From: Klebsormidium nitens | Taxonomy: Eukaryota > Plantae > Klebsormidiophyceae | Assembly (NCBI GenBank): GCA_000708835.1 | Contig: DF237412.1 | Span: forward strand, 1-64,000 | DNA length: 64,000 bases | Direction of reading: 5' to 3' | Shown here: piece after piece, positions 1 through 12,822 of the stretch | Position numbering within the stretch: position 1 is the first letter of the stretch | Layout: each line of letters opens with the position of its first letter | The notes under the pieces: model-generated | What the model saw: only the letters and a program-made list of their open reading frames with translations | What the model was told of the DNA's origin: nothing | Database searches by the model: none | Program-made: the position numbers and the translations under genes

Positions 1-35
1 GGGAGGCTTGACTCAAGGGCCAGCAAAAATTTGCG

Positions 36-310
36 ATGATGTGTCACACTTTTAGGGACTCTGCAAAAAGTGCAACTAGGTGTCACACTTCTGCAACGAG
101 GTGTGGCACTTTCAAGAACTCTGCGAAAGTGCAACTAGGTGTTGCACTTTTGGGCGGCCCTTGAAGAAGGGCCAACAAATATCTGCCACGAGATGTGAGT
201 CGCATTTTCAGGAAGTTTGCGAAGAGTGCAACTAGGTGTCGCACTTCTGCAACGAGGTGTTGCACTTTCTATTAGACTCGGCAACGAGTGCAACTAGATG
301 TCGCACTTCT
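36..310. repeat. Degenerate tandem array of a ~19-bp quasi-palindromic core GCAAC(T/G)AG(G/A)TGTN(A/G)CACTT
   Basis: GTGCAACTAG occurs at 70, 129, 226 and 288, alternating with GCAACGAGGTGT(G/T)GCACTT copies near 94 and 249. The copy near 127-151 (AAAGTGCAAC-TAGGT-GTTGCACTTT) forms a perfect 10-bp stem. Confidence 0.85.
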
Positions 311-466
311 GCAACAATGCCGATGCAGACGCGTCTTGCGTATATTTTTTATTCAAGCCACATGTTTTTAAATTAGGACCCCGCCCTTAACCACTGGCTC
401 CACCGCTTCGAGACCCCACGATTCGCTTCACATGCTGGCACGGCCTGAAAAATCGGCTTCCCGGTC

Positions 467-3400
467 TTGCCCTTCAACCAGCACACCCGCTCTGGCACCT
501 GCCCGTTGGGAAGTAGCCCCAGGGGTGGTTCGACTTTAAGCGACATCAGCGGTGGCAAAGACGACGTCAGCGAACCCGCACGTCGTCAGTGCGATATCTA
601 CAGTGTTGCTGTCCACAGGGGCCGTGATCTGCAGACGCGTGCGAGGCCGGTCGACCTTGACGTTGGTCCGGGAGCTGCCGACGCGCCAAGCCCAAGAACT
701 AATTGGGCGCCCTATGCGACCCTTTTGCTAGATCTAGCATGGTGAGCAAGAAAATCACATTTGTAATCGACTCAAATTCTGGAATGGGATAGAAGCATTT
801 CAATGGACTTCCTTGGCAGCTATGAGCAGAGTCAACCCCTTGAGTTAATCAATTACATTGTACAATTCGCATGGTTCCGAATCGAGTACAGACCTTTACA
901 CAAAGGCTAGCTTTGCGCTGTGCATGCTGACATCCAACGGTGGACGGATTTGTTGAGCAAACTACCGTACCGGCCATCGAAGCCCTTTCACTTCATGATC
1001 GTTTCCCCAGCAGGCCTCCTCGCCGCAACCGAGCGCCCAACCTCTCATTATTTCTTCCTCGCTGTCCTTCAAGCCCAAAGCCTTCGAGCTTTCTCTTCGT
1101 GACGTGCTCTATTTCGACCATTGTCGATGTCTCGAATTCTACACCACGCTCTGCTGACTTCATGCGGATCGCTAACGAAAGACTGTCACACTTGCACAGA
1201 TGCGGCCCAGATCAGCGCCATTGGCTCCTTCCAAGCGGTCGCGGTCTAGGCCCTTCATCGTCGCGCTTTTGAGCACCAACAGCAACCGCCGCGTCATTGT
1301 GACGTCAGCGAGGCCGGGCGGCTAGCGGCACGAGGCGACGCTCAACGCCTCCAAATTACTTATAGCTTGTACGTCATTTTCTGCTGAAAGATCTCTGATG
1401 CAAACGGTACACCTTCTTATCCCTTGCGGCGGACTCTAACAATTGACTCGAACGCAATTGATCCACGGGCTGCTCACTTTCGATCTCGAATATGATCAGT
1501 TAGTCTTGGCTCTGGAAACAAGGTGCGGGCTCCAGAACGCTGGCAGCCGACTCTAACACCCGTCTGCATCCCACGACAAGCTACGTTGCTTACTTTTGGC
1601 TATGGAAAAGGGCTTCACAGGCCTCTTTGGCTTAGCAAGCTCCGAGTCTGGTTCCGCTCTCAGATGGTTGGTCAAAGCGTTTATAAAACTTACTCAGCAC
1701 TCGGCCATTTTGCAAGAACAATGAACCTCGTTGCTGGCATTGAACTTTTCCAATGGGCTCTTGTGTTCTATCGTCTTTCTAATCTAGTGGTAATTTTCAC
1801 ACCTCAACCGGCATCAACTCAACCCAACAACTCTTGAAACCCTTTACTGCCGACATTCAACTCACATTCAAGAGCGCGCAGACCATTCAAAGGATTTCCT
1901 CAACCTTTATCCCAGTCATTCGTCTGAACCCCAGACTTTGTAGACTCCGCACCGACGAAGCTTATAGCACTCGCCCTTCAAATGACTCCGCCGGATCCTC
2001 ACAAATAAATTTCGGCCATTCGCCCACAACCACCTGCAGACTGTCGATGACGCGCGGGTTCTCGTCTTGGCGGGCGGCTTCTCCGAGCCAGTGTCCGAGC
2101 TGCGCGAGCGGCTCTCCCCGCAAGTTCCGTCTAGCTGCGCTTCTCGTTGTGCAGACAATCTGCGCGGCGCCTCAGGAGATCGTCCTGCCCATTGCGCTGC
2201 ACGGAACTCCGGACGGCTGTTCGACTTCGCCTTCCAGTCCACCAGGGGCGCACCACCCATGGTGAGGATTAATCCCGGCTCCTGTGAATTTTCATTCCTC
2301 AAGATGTCTGAGTCAATCACCTGCTCTAGGTGACCGACGGTTTGAAGAAGAATTGGAGAAGGAAATTTGGAATTGAAAAACGACCTTCATCTGGCCATCG
2401 TGATGAAAGTCGTGGAACAGCTTGAATCATTCACTTGAGTTCTGCATCTTACATGAGCGGCAGAGCACACAGAGGGAAGTCTCTTTCTCGACCTCGTCAG
2501 CCCTGTGCTTGTCCTGAATGCTTGAGGACTTCCTTTAACATCACTGCGCTCGTCTAAAAGCAATCGTTTAAATTGCCATTGCACAGCTCGTACATTCAGA
2601 AAGAAAAAGTCCGGAGTCGGGGTAAGACGATCCGAAGATCCGAAGCGGAGGAGCGGAGAATCGGAAGTCGATATGCAAGTCTAGCGGGGAGGCATCCGAA
2701 AGCTCGGACGAGGAGCGGCGTTTTGAATCGCTTCTCAGTGCGGAAGGGGAACCGGGTACTGCACGGGGCGTCACCGAAGTCGATACTGGAGGAGTTAGTG
2801 TCCGAAGTCTCAGTGTTATCGGGCGAAAGTGGAGAGAACGTCGAATGGAAGGAGGCCAGAGTGAAGATCTCACACAGGCGGCGGAGAAAGTGAGGATCTC
2901 GCCGGCCAAGGAGGGGCGCGAAGGAGGTGAGATTCGCAGGGGAGGAGGTGACGTCAGAAGACCGAGTGCCGAAAGTAATGCGCTCGAAGACGGCGCTAGT
3001 GCCGCAGCTCACGATACGGGAACTCCCGCCGTTCGCTTTTAAACCGGGTCCCTGCGGAGCAGACGCCCTAGGCGAGTGCATTAGAGTCGGGGGTAAGGCG
3101 CGCTACGCGGCAGCAAATGCTGCAACAGATCGGGCGGCGGGTCCGGGGGTCGGTGAGTCGATGAGAAGGGTGCGAAGAAGGCGAGTGCCGCGGATGCACT
3201 ACCCCCCGGTCAAGAAGGTCAACCGTGCAGAGTTTTAACATGCGTGTTGCGACGACGCCGGACAGCGGGTTACTAGTCGCCAGCAGTTGCAGGGGTATTG
3301 AAGGAGTATCCTGTTCAATGGGGCGGCCGCAGAGGAGAGCTCTATCCCCGCTCTATCGCGGCCGCGGACCTCGAGATCGCGCGCCAGCACGCAGACTTCA

Positions 3401-3738
3401 AGCAGGAACTAGAGCGGCTCTCTGCGGAGCTGTCGGTCCAGGAGTTTTGGAACGGCGCGCCCGCGCGGCCGCGGTTGCATCTGCGCGAGCGGCTGAACGG
3501 GCTGCTATCGGATGGCAGCGGGGACGAGCTGGGGTTCAAGCGCGACTTCGCAGCCGTCGATCTGGTCGCGCTGCGCGAGAGGTTTTTGAAGGGCCGCAGA
3601 ACCGCGCAAGCGGAAAGCCATAAGGCGTTCTTGAGGCGAATGATGCACAAGGCCCGGTTGCCGGATCGGCTGAAGGCCGGAATGGAATACAAGCTGCTCG
3701 GGCCGCATCACAGATTTCGAGACTACAGTCGGTATTGA
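467..3738 (+). CDS. Putative multi-exon gene, unknown protein; model unresolved
   Basis: Exon-like segments at about 467-742 (donor ATG|GTGAGC), 920-1100 and 2041-2262 (CTGCAG acceptor, ATG|GTGAGG donor), plus the GC-rich 146-aa ORF 3298-3738 (ELYPRSIAAADLEIARQHADFKQELERL...). No recognisable family, and the exons could not be joined confidently. Confidence 0.35.
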
Positions 3739-5536
3739 ACAACGCGGTGTCTGTCGGGAACCTAGATGATCGAATGACAGCCCAATGGTCTTATGGACGT
3801 AGTGACGAGGAGACGCTTTGCATAAAAGAAAGCCGCCCGCGGGCTTCAAGATGCGTGTATATTCCAGCTTTGCATCATAATAAACTGCTATGCCTGTATG
3901 ATCTGCCGACTCGAAGTGTCTTTTGGCCGGGCCGGGCTCGATTGCTTGCTTAGCGCATCGGATTTTGTGGGCTTCATGCGCTTGCACTAAAAACGTCATG
4001 AATATACGCTTCTATTCAAGATGTCGAACGCCAGCCTCTTCCACATGAGTTTCAGGCCACTGAGTGGCGGACCTTCAATTGCCGCAGTCTGCTTGCAGAT
4101 TGTTTTGCCGGCAGATTCGCACTATGAGCCACATTGAGCAGCTCCAAGAGCATGGAGCGATCTAAAGTCAGCGCAAGCATCTTAGCAGACGATCTAACCG
4201 GCATGGCATTTTCACAAGTCTCGATGTTTCGAGGTCATTGCATCCGTATGTTGTACAAACAGAATGGTACGAAAAGCATTGAAAAACGGGTCAAGCCTGC
4301 CCTCTATGGATCCACAAGAATGTTCATATATGTGCGGGGCCGTACTTGATCTTATGCGGCCTAAGCCGTGCCTAATCCCGCTATAGGCGGTGACCACAGC
4401 GCCTTATCGGATACTCCCGGTTCTGTACCGGGACGAAGTCTGGGAGTTTGTCGCATGCAACATGCCAGACTCAGGCATTCAGTGGTGAGTGATATATGCA
4501 TGTACAGTGGGTGCAAATAGCGAAGTGCTCCATGTCAAGCTAGTTATTCTTGACTCAAAAGTTCATCATTCTCATGTTGCGTTTCTCAGCCTTGACAGTT
4601 CCCTAACTGATCAGTCTGGAGTAGCATGTCTTGGTCACTCCTGTATTTTGGCCGCTCTCGACCTGTGCTTGTATAGTCCAAAACCTTGCGACGACGGGCC
4701 GCAGAAATGAAAGCAACCGGTTTGCAGACTCGATTTTAGCAAGACGCACTTATCCGCGCAAAGTTCTGAATTCATCCATTAGGTGCCCCGCTTCTTAGGC
4801 CCCACCCCTCTGTGTTCGAAGATCAAATGTTGAATCAATGATAGAGCGATTATTAGTCCCGGAAAAACTGGCACCTGCCGACCGAGGACACCCTTTCTTT
4901 CGCTAGTACGGCTTCGTACCCCCACCTGCAAGAGTCACGACAACCACGATTGAGAACAGAGAAGGAAGAGAGAGCAGCACATCTGACTAGCGGGTTCTGA
5001 CAAGTTCACCCTGTGGCAAAGCTTCGATGGAATACGAGATCGATTGCATAAAATGTACAAGACAGCAAGAAAGCGGCTTGTTCAATGACTTCGAATACGA
5101 GGTTTGCTGCGATAGTCTCCTGAGTTTTCACAAGGACGTGAACCTCTATTTTGAATGGAAGGGGCGCATAAAGCAAATAGAGAGCCCAATATCGTGATTT
5201 TATTTACACCGTGATGACGTTGACGATCGGACCACCTTGTGAACGTGGAAGACATGAGGAGACTCGCACGAAACAAACCAGAAAAGCGAGAGCTCACGGT
5301 CGAGTTCAACTATTAGTTTAGACCAGCCTGACAGCCTGAGTATGGAAAAGGAACGCGACCACGAAAAGCATTGGTTTGAACGGAACAATAGTCATCCAAC
5401 GTCAGCATGCCGAAAACACTCCGAAAACACTTCAAGAATCCGAGAAACCGTTCCCTTCTCAAGCGCTTACAGCCGGTTGGGGTCACAAAATCAGACCTAA
5501 CCGATTTTGAATTGTTCCAACCACGTACCTCTGCCG

Positions 5537-8500
5537 TCACCAGGTGACGAGCGTCGCTCCGGGGGCGAGCGGCAGCCCTCGCACCATCTCCAGGAACTCC
5601 CAGAGCTGGCCGTTCTCCGAGGCCTCCATCACCTTCTCATACGACCCCTGCACCGCGGGGTCGTTTCCCTGCTCCGTGAAGACGTGCGCGGGGAGGGGGA
5701 GCGGGAGCCGGATCGCACGGTACAGCGCCAGCATCGAGCGTGCGACCCGCTTGCCGAGCTGCCGGAAGATCCAGACGGGCCACGTGAGGGAGCTCCCGTC
5801 GCCAATGATGATCAGGCATGGATGAGTTCCACCGTGGGCGCTGCGAAACAGCAAGAGGTGCAGATTTAGAAAACGTGACCCGATGGAACGCATGCCATGG
5901 AAAAGCTTTCCAAAAGAAACGGGGTTCGGTGAGNNNNNNNNNNNNNNNNNNNNNNNNNNNNNNNNNNNNNNNNNNNNNNNNNNNNNNNNNNNNNNNNNNN
6001 NNNNNNNNNNNNNNNNNNNNNNNNNNNNNNNNNNNNNNNNNNNNNNNNNNNNNNNNNNNNNNNNNNNNNNNNNNNNNNNNNNNNNNNNNNNNNNNNNNNN
6101 NNNNNNNNNNNNNNNNNNNNNNNNNNNNNNNNNNNNNNNNNNNNNNNNNNNNNNNNNNNNNNNNNNNNNNNNNNNNNNNNNNNNNNNNNNNNNNNNNNNN
6201 NNNNNNNNNNNNNNNNNNNNNNNNNNNNNNNNNNNNNNNNNNNNNNNNNNNNNNNNNNNNNNNNNNNNNNNNNNNNNNNNNNNNNNNNNNNNNNNNNNNN
6301 NNNNNNNNNNNNNNNNNNNNNNNNNNNNNNNNNNNNNNNNNNNNNNNNNAACGCATGCCATGGAAAAGCTTTCCAAAAGAAACGGGGTTCGGTGAGGCGT
6401 CATCGTTCTCATTTCATTGAGATGTTATCGACTAGACTGCGGGCTCTCTCAAAATTGGGAGTTTGACCTGCCTCCGCTTTCCTGTCACCTGCAAACCACT
6501 GATGCATTAGACGCAACAAGACGGGAATCATTGACATCGCACAGTTGATGAAACGCCTGGCTTCCCCATTTTGCAGATTGTTTTGAGTTGACTTGAGATC
6601 AAATGAGCGTTCTTTGGAAAAATTGATGCCTTAGTCAGATGCTGGAGGCGAAAATGCAGTAGGCAAGACCGAGACCGAGGGGACCCTCGAGAAGAAGTCT
6701 TTGTAACTTCAAGTCTTGCGATCCTTTATCTAGGCGGCGCGATACCACTTGTATATTTGAGCGTGCGTCCATTCGATTCCCACTTTGACCTGGACAGCAA
6801 TTCCACCTCTCCTTGATTCCAACAATTATAAGTCAGCGCCTTCAATGAAACAGTCCGGCTTCGGACCGAAGCTCTAAAGAGATGCGTCCCTTACTCCATG
6901 TGACGAAGGCGGTAGATCAGTCCCACGGGATCGTTGGTGACGACGACCTTCGACCCGGTGCAGAAGTGGTGGAGGGCCTCCGGCGGAAGGAAGCTCATCC
7001 AGCCCCACAGATCGTCCACGTGTACGGTATTGCGCACCGTCCCCAGCGTCCCCCGTGCGGATTGCTCGACGATCGTCTGGCACAGTCGGAACGTGAGCTG
7101 CGTAAGGTGGGTATTGAGGTCGAAGAACTTCCCTCCCAGCCTGAGAGGCGCAGCGGGAGAGGCGGTGGGCCTGCAGAAAGAAGCAGGCCGTGACGTCAGC
7201 ATCTCGTCAGACTGGAAAAATTTGACTGATTTAAGTACGGCCTCTGATTCACATCTTAGTTACGTTACGGTGATTTCACGAACTGAGATCATAGAAGGAA
7301 CTCGAGCACAGAACCGGGTTGTCTTCCGGCAGATCAGCAGAAGTTTCGTCACCGTTTCGCAAACCTCTGTTCTAATCCTCTTGGAGTAACAGAGAGGGAT
7401 CTGCGAACATCTGTAACGGCTGATTGCATTGAGAACGCGGCCGATTGCGTTGCAAGATTTATAAGTATGGCGAATGAGATTCACAATTGCGCTGGATGCA
7501 GATTTTAGCTCACTTTTCGCAGAAACCGACTTTGATGTTTACTCCAAAAAGCTGACCTACAGGTTAAGCGAGCGCCTTCCAGACAACGAAGAGACGTACG
7601 GATCGATAACAAGCTTCGTATTTCTGGAAGTTTCGAATTGAGTACACGATCAGGCTGAAGCGATCCCAAGGGAAGTGGCCTTGCTAGAATTACTGGTCGC
7701 AAGCTTCCGCGAGACGACCCATGAAGCTATAGTCAATTGGATACGGTTTAATCAATAGATTCCTAGACAAACATTTTTCGGAACAATGCATCGTCGACAT
7801 ATTGACTGCTTAGATTGGAAGAACTCAGAGCTGCCCAAGTCTAGGAGATAACAGCTCTCGCCGGAATCAAACACCTCGATCCGAGTATGAAAGACGTTCC
7901 TAGTTAAAGCTCTATCTTTGAGCTGGAAGAGTCATAAGGTCAGACTGAATCCATGCGGGACTGAATATGACCTGAAGACTCCGGGTTTGAGAGGCTCAAA
8001 GTGTACTGCCTTTTGAAAACGTAAGTCACGCAACCGAACAGCAGAACGATATCAAACTTACTGCGGGGCGGGGAAGAGACACCGGGACATGCGCTCCACA
8101 GCCTGCGGCTCCGCAAACATGATTCTTTCCATCAAGAGGCGCCGCTTTGCCGGGTCCTGCAAAAGTCAAGAAGCAAGATGGAGGTTCTGCGTTCCAATTA
8201 CCCTTGTTAGGATGACCTTAGCGCTTTGGGTTGCCTTTCTTTAGTGTGGAAACGTTTAGGTTCTGACTTCTGCGGGCAGGGGCCACATCATTTACGCGAT
8301 TCAAGTGTCTCTGCAAGCATCGTTCTGTATGGAATCGAACAATGAAGTGCAGCTTGTGTGAGAGGACCATCTGCGCAAAAAATATAGCATTGGTTTTGCG
8401 GAAGTGGTTGCTGTAAGGAATTTATACTTTCATTCGATTCAGCAAAGTTGCAACCAATCGCGCTCGAACCAGGCAGAAGCACGAACTACCGATTGTGGAA

Positions 8501-11500
8501 TCAGGAGGACAGGCTACCAGCTTATGGATATTACTTTCCTGCTAGTATTCAAAAGAAACATCGCTTCCATGTTGGATTGAGATGCGAATGCAGCTCTTCC
8601 GTTTTGATCCCGGTGTGTTTCACGAAGTCTCACGAGAACTCCTACTTGCACGTCGGAAGCGCACGAGTTTGAATCAACCTCCCATCCAAAACTCAAGAGG
8701 TACTCGAGGACCCTACCTTCCCAGCCGAGTGGTGATACATCATCTCGTGTATAACCCGCTCCGACATCTCGTCCATGCCCCGCTGTAGCAACTCGGAGGG
8801 GCTCAGCACTTCGTCGGCCGGGGGCGGAGGGGGAGGCGACGGAGAGCCCGCTGGCGGAGGGGGGTAGATTTCCGCGCCTGAAGTGCCCCCCACAGAGCTG
8901 CCAGCTGGCGATAGCGGATCTTGAGACGGGTTAGTTGCCGGAAAGGCCCCGTTCAATACCCGCTCTCGTGCGTCCGCCTGCGGCTTGAACGCCTCATACG
9001 GATCCTCCCCGCTAGAAACCTCGGTGACCGTCGCGCTGCCCCCTGTGGACCCCAGCCCGGCGACCCGGTCGTTCACGATCGCGTTCCGCTGAGACGCCCC
9101 CAAGTCCCCGGCAGCGCTTGCGAGGGACCCCGACTCGTGCAGGCTTCTGCTGACGTCAGCACACCCCGATTCTCCGAGTGAGTGTTGGCTCGGGTGCGGG
9201 TCCGTTTCGGACGCTGGCGTGTTCTCTTTGCCCCCGGAATTTCTCACCCCCGCCTCGGGTTCCTTTCCAGGGTTCTTCTCGTTCGGGTTTAATGATGCGA
9301 GTGGTTCGGCCGCCGTCCTGGGGATTGTGCCGCCCCCCTCGCCGGCCCCGTTTTGTCGCCCATTCTCCACCTGAACCCCTCCCGCAAGGTCTCGCTTCGT
9401 CCTCTTGCCCGCCTCCTGCGCCGGGCTGCTTCCGGAAGAACCGGAGCGCGCTCTGCTGACGTCAGCCGCCACGTCCGTGTCCATAGAATGCGCTGCAGCA
9501 CCGGGATGCTGTTCCGCGGCTTCACCCTCCTCGTGCGTTTCAAACCGCCCCTGGTCTTCGCTGATACTTGGCAGGTGCTCCGGAATTTCTTGCTCAGTAC
9601 AGTCCCCCGGGCACGAAGTGACTGGCGCGACCAGATCCAGGGCCTCTGCGTTCTCGTTCGTGGACGACGCGGCCGGCTCAAAATGCTCAATGGGGTAGTA
9701 TTCCGGCTCTTGCGTGAGGGGCTCCGGTTGACGGTTCGAGACGGGAGACACTGAACAATCTGCCGAAGATGGAGCTACTTGTGCTTCCCGGGGGTCAATT
9801 TCTTCCCCGGTCTCGTTCTCTTCCGTTTGTTGACGACAGGGGTGGGGATGTTGCGGCGGCTCTGTGGGCGGGGGGTTGAGCTGGAAGATGACGGAAGGGC
9901 CTTGGAGCGCGAGGAGCTGGAATGAAGCAAGAGCAACCACAGGTGAGTCTACGAGTTTTGATGAGAACGTTCTCATCAAAATCGTTCGAACGAGAGGTAC
10001 TAAATGTTTGACTGAGCCAAAGGTTAGGCTGGAGTCGTCCCCGGCTTCGGGGGCGAAATCGAAGAAAAAAATGTTTTTATTCTCGAGTGTCCATAACGGA
10101 GCGACTGAAATACCTTAACGTGAATGAGAAACCTTCGTGGAATACGACTACGATCTGGTAAAAGGCTTTTTGACGGCCCAGTGAAGCATAGCTGTCCAAT
10201 ACGGTGATTTCTATGTTTCGATCTGTCCGAAATCAGAACGAGAGCAGCACCGTTTCTGCAGTGTTCTCAAGCTTGACGTCTTTATGTGAACACGTTGAAA
10301 CTACCTTGGACCTTGGAAATGTCAGCGTGATCTTCTTCAAGAACTTTGGCAGGTTCTTGGGCGCTTCCATCTTCATCAGGGCTTCCCAATTACACCTTCC
10401 AATCGTCTTCTTGCTCCTGCAAACGAAGCGTGTCAATATCTGATACTGAAGACAGCGCCAAACTTTGCTCATTAGGAAGGACGACTGTTGTAGGGTGTCA
10501 ACTCCAATGAAAAGTCGGAGAAGCCTTGACCGAACAGAAAGGGTGTGATACAGACACCAGCTGACTCCCTTGGATCCTGTGAAGAGTTTGTCCCTGCGTA
10601 CATGATTCGTGCTGAATCACTTTCGCAAGTGTAACTCTTTTTCTTCACAGTTTCAAGCTCTGCGAAATTTGAGGTCGCATATACACCCTAACTGAGAATC
10701 CAATAAGGAAGAACCAGGATTGCGGGGTGTAAATCCGATTCGCCATGCAAGTTCCGGGAACGAAGAGTTGCAAAAACGAAGAGTTGCAAATGATGCTGGT
10801 CCGAAACCCTGGTACGAGGGGAAGATTTGAAACTGTCCAAAACCACCGTGACTTAGCACATGCAGGTTCATAAAATCAAGGGATGCACTACGGCTGTTTT
10901 TAAACCTTGCTACAACATCATATAGCTGTACCGACATCAAAAGCATTTAGACCAACCTGTCACCAACTATCAAGGGTAACTGCAGCGCTGGTAGTCACCT
11001 GGTGGTTACGTGCGGGAAGCCCCAAAACTCTGGAAGTGGCTCCGCTGGGTTCAGCCCCTCCAGCAGGTCGGTAAGCTTTGTCGCACGCCTGTACGCCTTC
11101 TCGTACCGCCTGCCCGCGGTGTCGCTCATCGAGATGTTGAAAATGCACGCAGTCGCCTGGACAATCTCCATGCCGTGCTCAGAGATGTACAGGTTTTGTT
11201 GCTGGAACGGCTCCCCAAAGGCGACCTCGATCTGCGGGAAAAGCGAACCAAGTGTTCGGAAAAAAAAGGGAACGGCTGGAAGCAGTGACGTCACGATTGC
11301 TTTAAGTGATGCTTGATTTAGTTTCAAGCGGATGAGACGTAAAGTGGTCAGTGGATGGGGTGGAAAGGAGTCTGAAAAATGGGGGCTTGGAAATGAGCTG
11401 AGGAGGTTGCGAGATACAATTATGCAGTCTGTGGCGGAATCTGAATGAAGTAGAAAAGTCGGGAACAGATCCAAGGATAAGCAAGATCCCACGGGTTTAG

Positions 11501-11967
11501 TGGAGAACAAAACGAATTTGCCGATGGAGATGTACAATACCTCAAAGGCATGAGCAGACTCGAGTAGGAATGATTGAAACCTGACACAATTGTTGGACTG
11601 GGTGGTGGAAGAGAGTTCTGAAAGCAGACTACCAAAACAGGAAAATGGCAAACGGCCTAAGGACCCGTGGGAAGCTGTTGGAAGACATTTTCCAGAAAGT
11701 ATTCGGAAAGGGACCGGAAGGCAGCTAGTGGACAAAGTAATAAAAGGACGCAACAAATGAGGGCAGGGGTCAGTATGTAAAGACCTCCACCGAGGTCTCA
11801 AAAAAACAAAATGGTCTTGAGAAAACACGAGCGCAGGTTCTTCTTACCATAACTTTGCACGCCGCTTCCCCATGCCCGTGATCGATTACTGGAAATGTAC
11901 GCACCACCCAGTGTGGGGCGGCTGACGGGACCTGTGGCGTCTGGGGAATGTCTTTCACGCTCTCCAT
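5537..11967 (-). CDS. Uncharacterised multi-exon protein, paralogue A of the HxxxHxxxHPCL/GNDP family, with a long low-complexity insert
   Basis: Exons with GT-AG ends: 11967-11848, about 11233-11000 (IEVAFGEPFQ...FPHVTT), about 10420-10310 (NWEALMKMEAPKNLPKF), about 9920-8717 (Pro/Glu/Ala-rich), 8156-8083, 7170-6895 and 5840-5537 (stop). Phases join from the low-complexity exon to the stop; one 5' junction is unresolved. The last two exons align with the gene at 28117-31180. Confidence 0.75.
5934..6349. other. Assembly gap (416 N) flanked by an identical 47-bp sequence
   Basis: AACGCATGCCATGGAAAAGCTTTCCAAAAGAAACGGGGTTCGGTGAG is present at both 5887-5933 and 6350-6396. Confidence 0.95.
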
Positions 11968-12050
11968 GCTGCATCGGAAAGGATGAAGATCACGTCAGCC
12001 ACGTCATCCCGGAAAGATTGCTTCAGTCAAAATGGACGAGACAGACTGAC

Positions 12051-12273
12051 AGAGCGGGGTCAAGGAGAATCGGTAATTTGGGGACCGGGGCCGGAGATGC
12101 TGATGGAAGGGCTGACGTGGCGGGGTTTAGTGGCGAAACCCTGGGCTACGCTTCTTTCGACCAATCATTGCTCGGTAGTCCAGGGTCAAAACCCTAAACC
12201 TCGCCACGTCAGCCCTTCCACCAGCATCTCCGGCCCGGTTCCCCAAATTACCGATTCTCCTTGACCCCGCTCT
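12051..12273. mobile_element. MITE-like foldback element (223 bp) with ~80-bp terminal inverted repeats and a possible GAC target-site duplication
   Basis: 12051-12130 is the reverse complement of 12194-12273 with about 4 mismatches. The termini are AGAGCGGGGT...ACCCCGCTCT, and GAC flanks both sides (12048-50, 12274-76). Confidence 0.75.
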
Positions 12274-12822
12274 GACATCTCCCAATACAATCGCTGGAGT
12301 CGCCTTCGAAGCTAGGAGAGTTTTGACTCTGGGTGGAGAAGTATTGACGGTGACGTGTCAAAGCTCAGCCTAAATAACGGACGAGCCCATCAGGGCCGTC
12401 ATGAGTGGAAGCCAGCTGCGTCACGAGCCGCAGAGGGCTGACAACTGGCACCATACAAAAACCGCTCCTCAATGTGAAAAGGAAATCAAGCAATAAAGCC
12501 TTTGTTGAGATTCCTGAGTACGCATACTCCTCTATAGTGCCAAATAGCTCAATCAGCCCAGTCAGTCTCTAGCGGCTCTCGAAATTGCAAAGAGGGCAAT
12601 ACATCCTGCTCCTCGCAGGGCGCAAGACCTCTGAAACGACGACCGACGATTTTCGCATCTCTAACACTGATATCGCTTCTAGATTTCCTTCTAAGTTTCA
12701 ACATTTGCTACTCTAGTGCACTGCACTCAAAGTTCCTTAAGGAGGCTTTCGTCTAAATTGAGCGTCGAAAGGATAGCTAACCTGGGCAGAAACTGAGGGC
12801 GCACCATAGAGCAGCTATGTTG

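Noticed and set aside
36-310. CRISPR array
   Set aside because: The repeats are degenerate, the linkers are irregular and often absent, there are no cas genes, and the context is eukaryotic.
10995-11828. 277-aa single-exon ORF
   Set aside because: Most of it is a pyrimidine-rich intron that happens to be open. Only the 3' ~78 codons after the CCCGCAG acceptor look coding.
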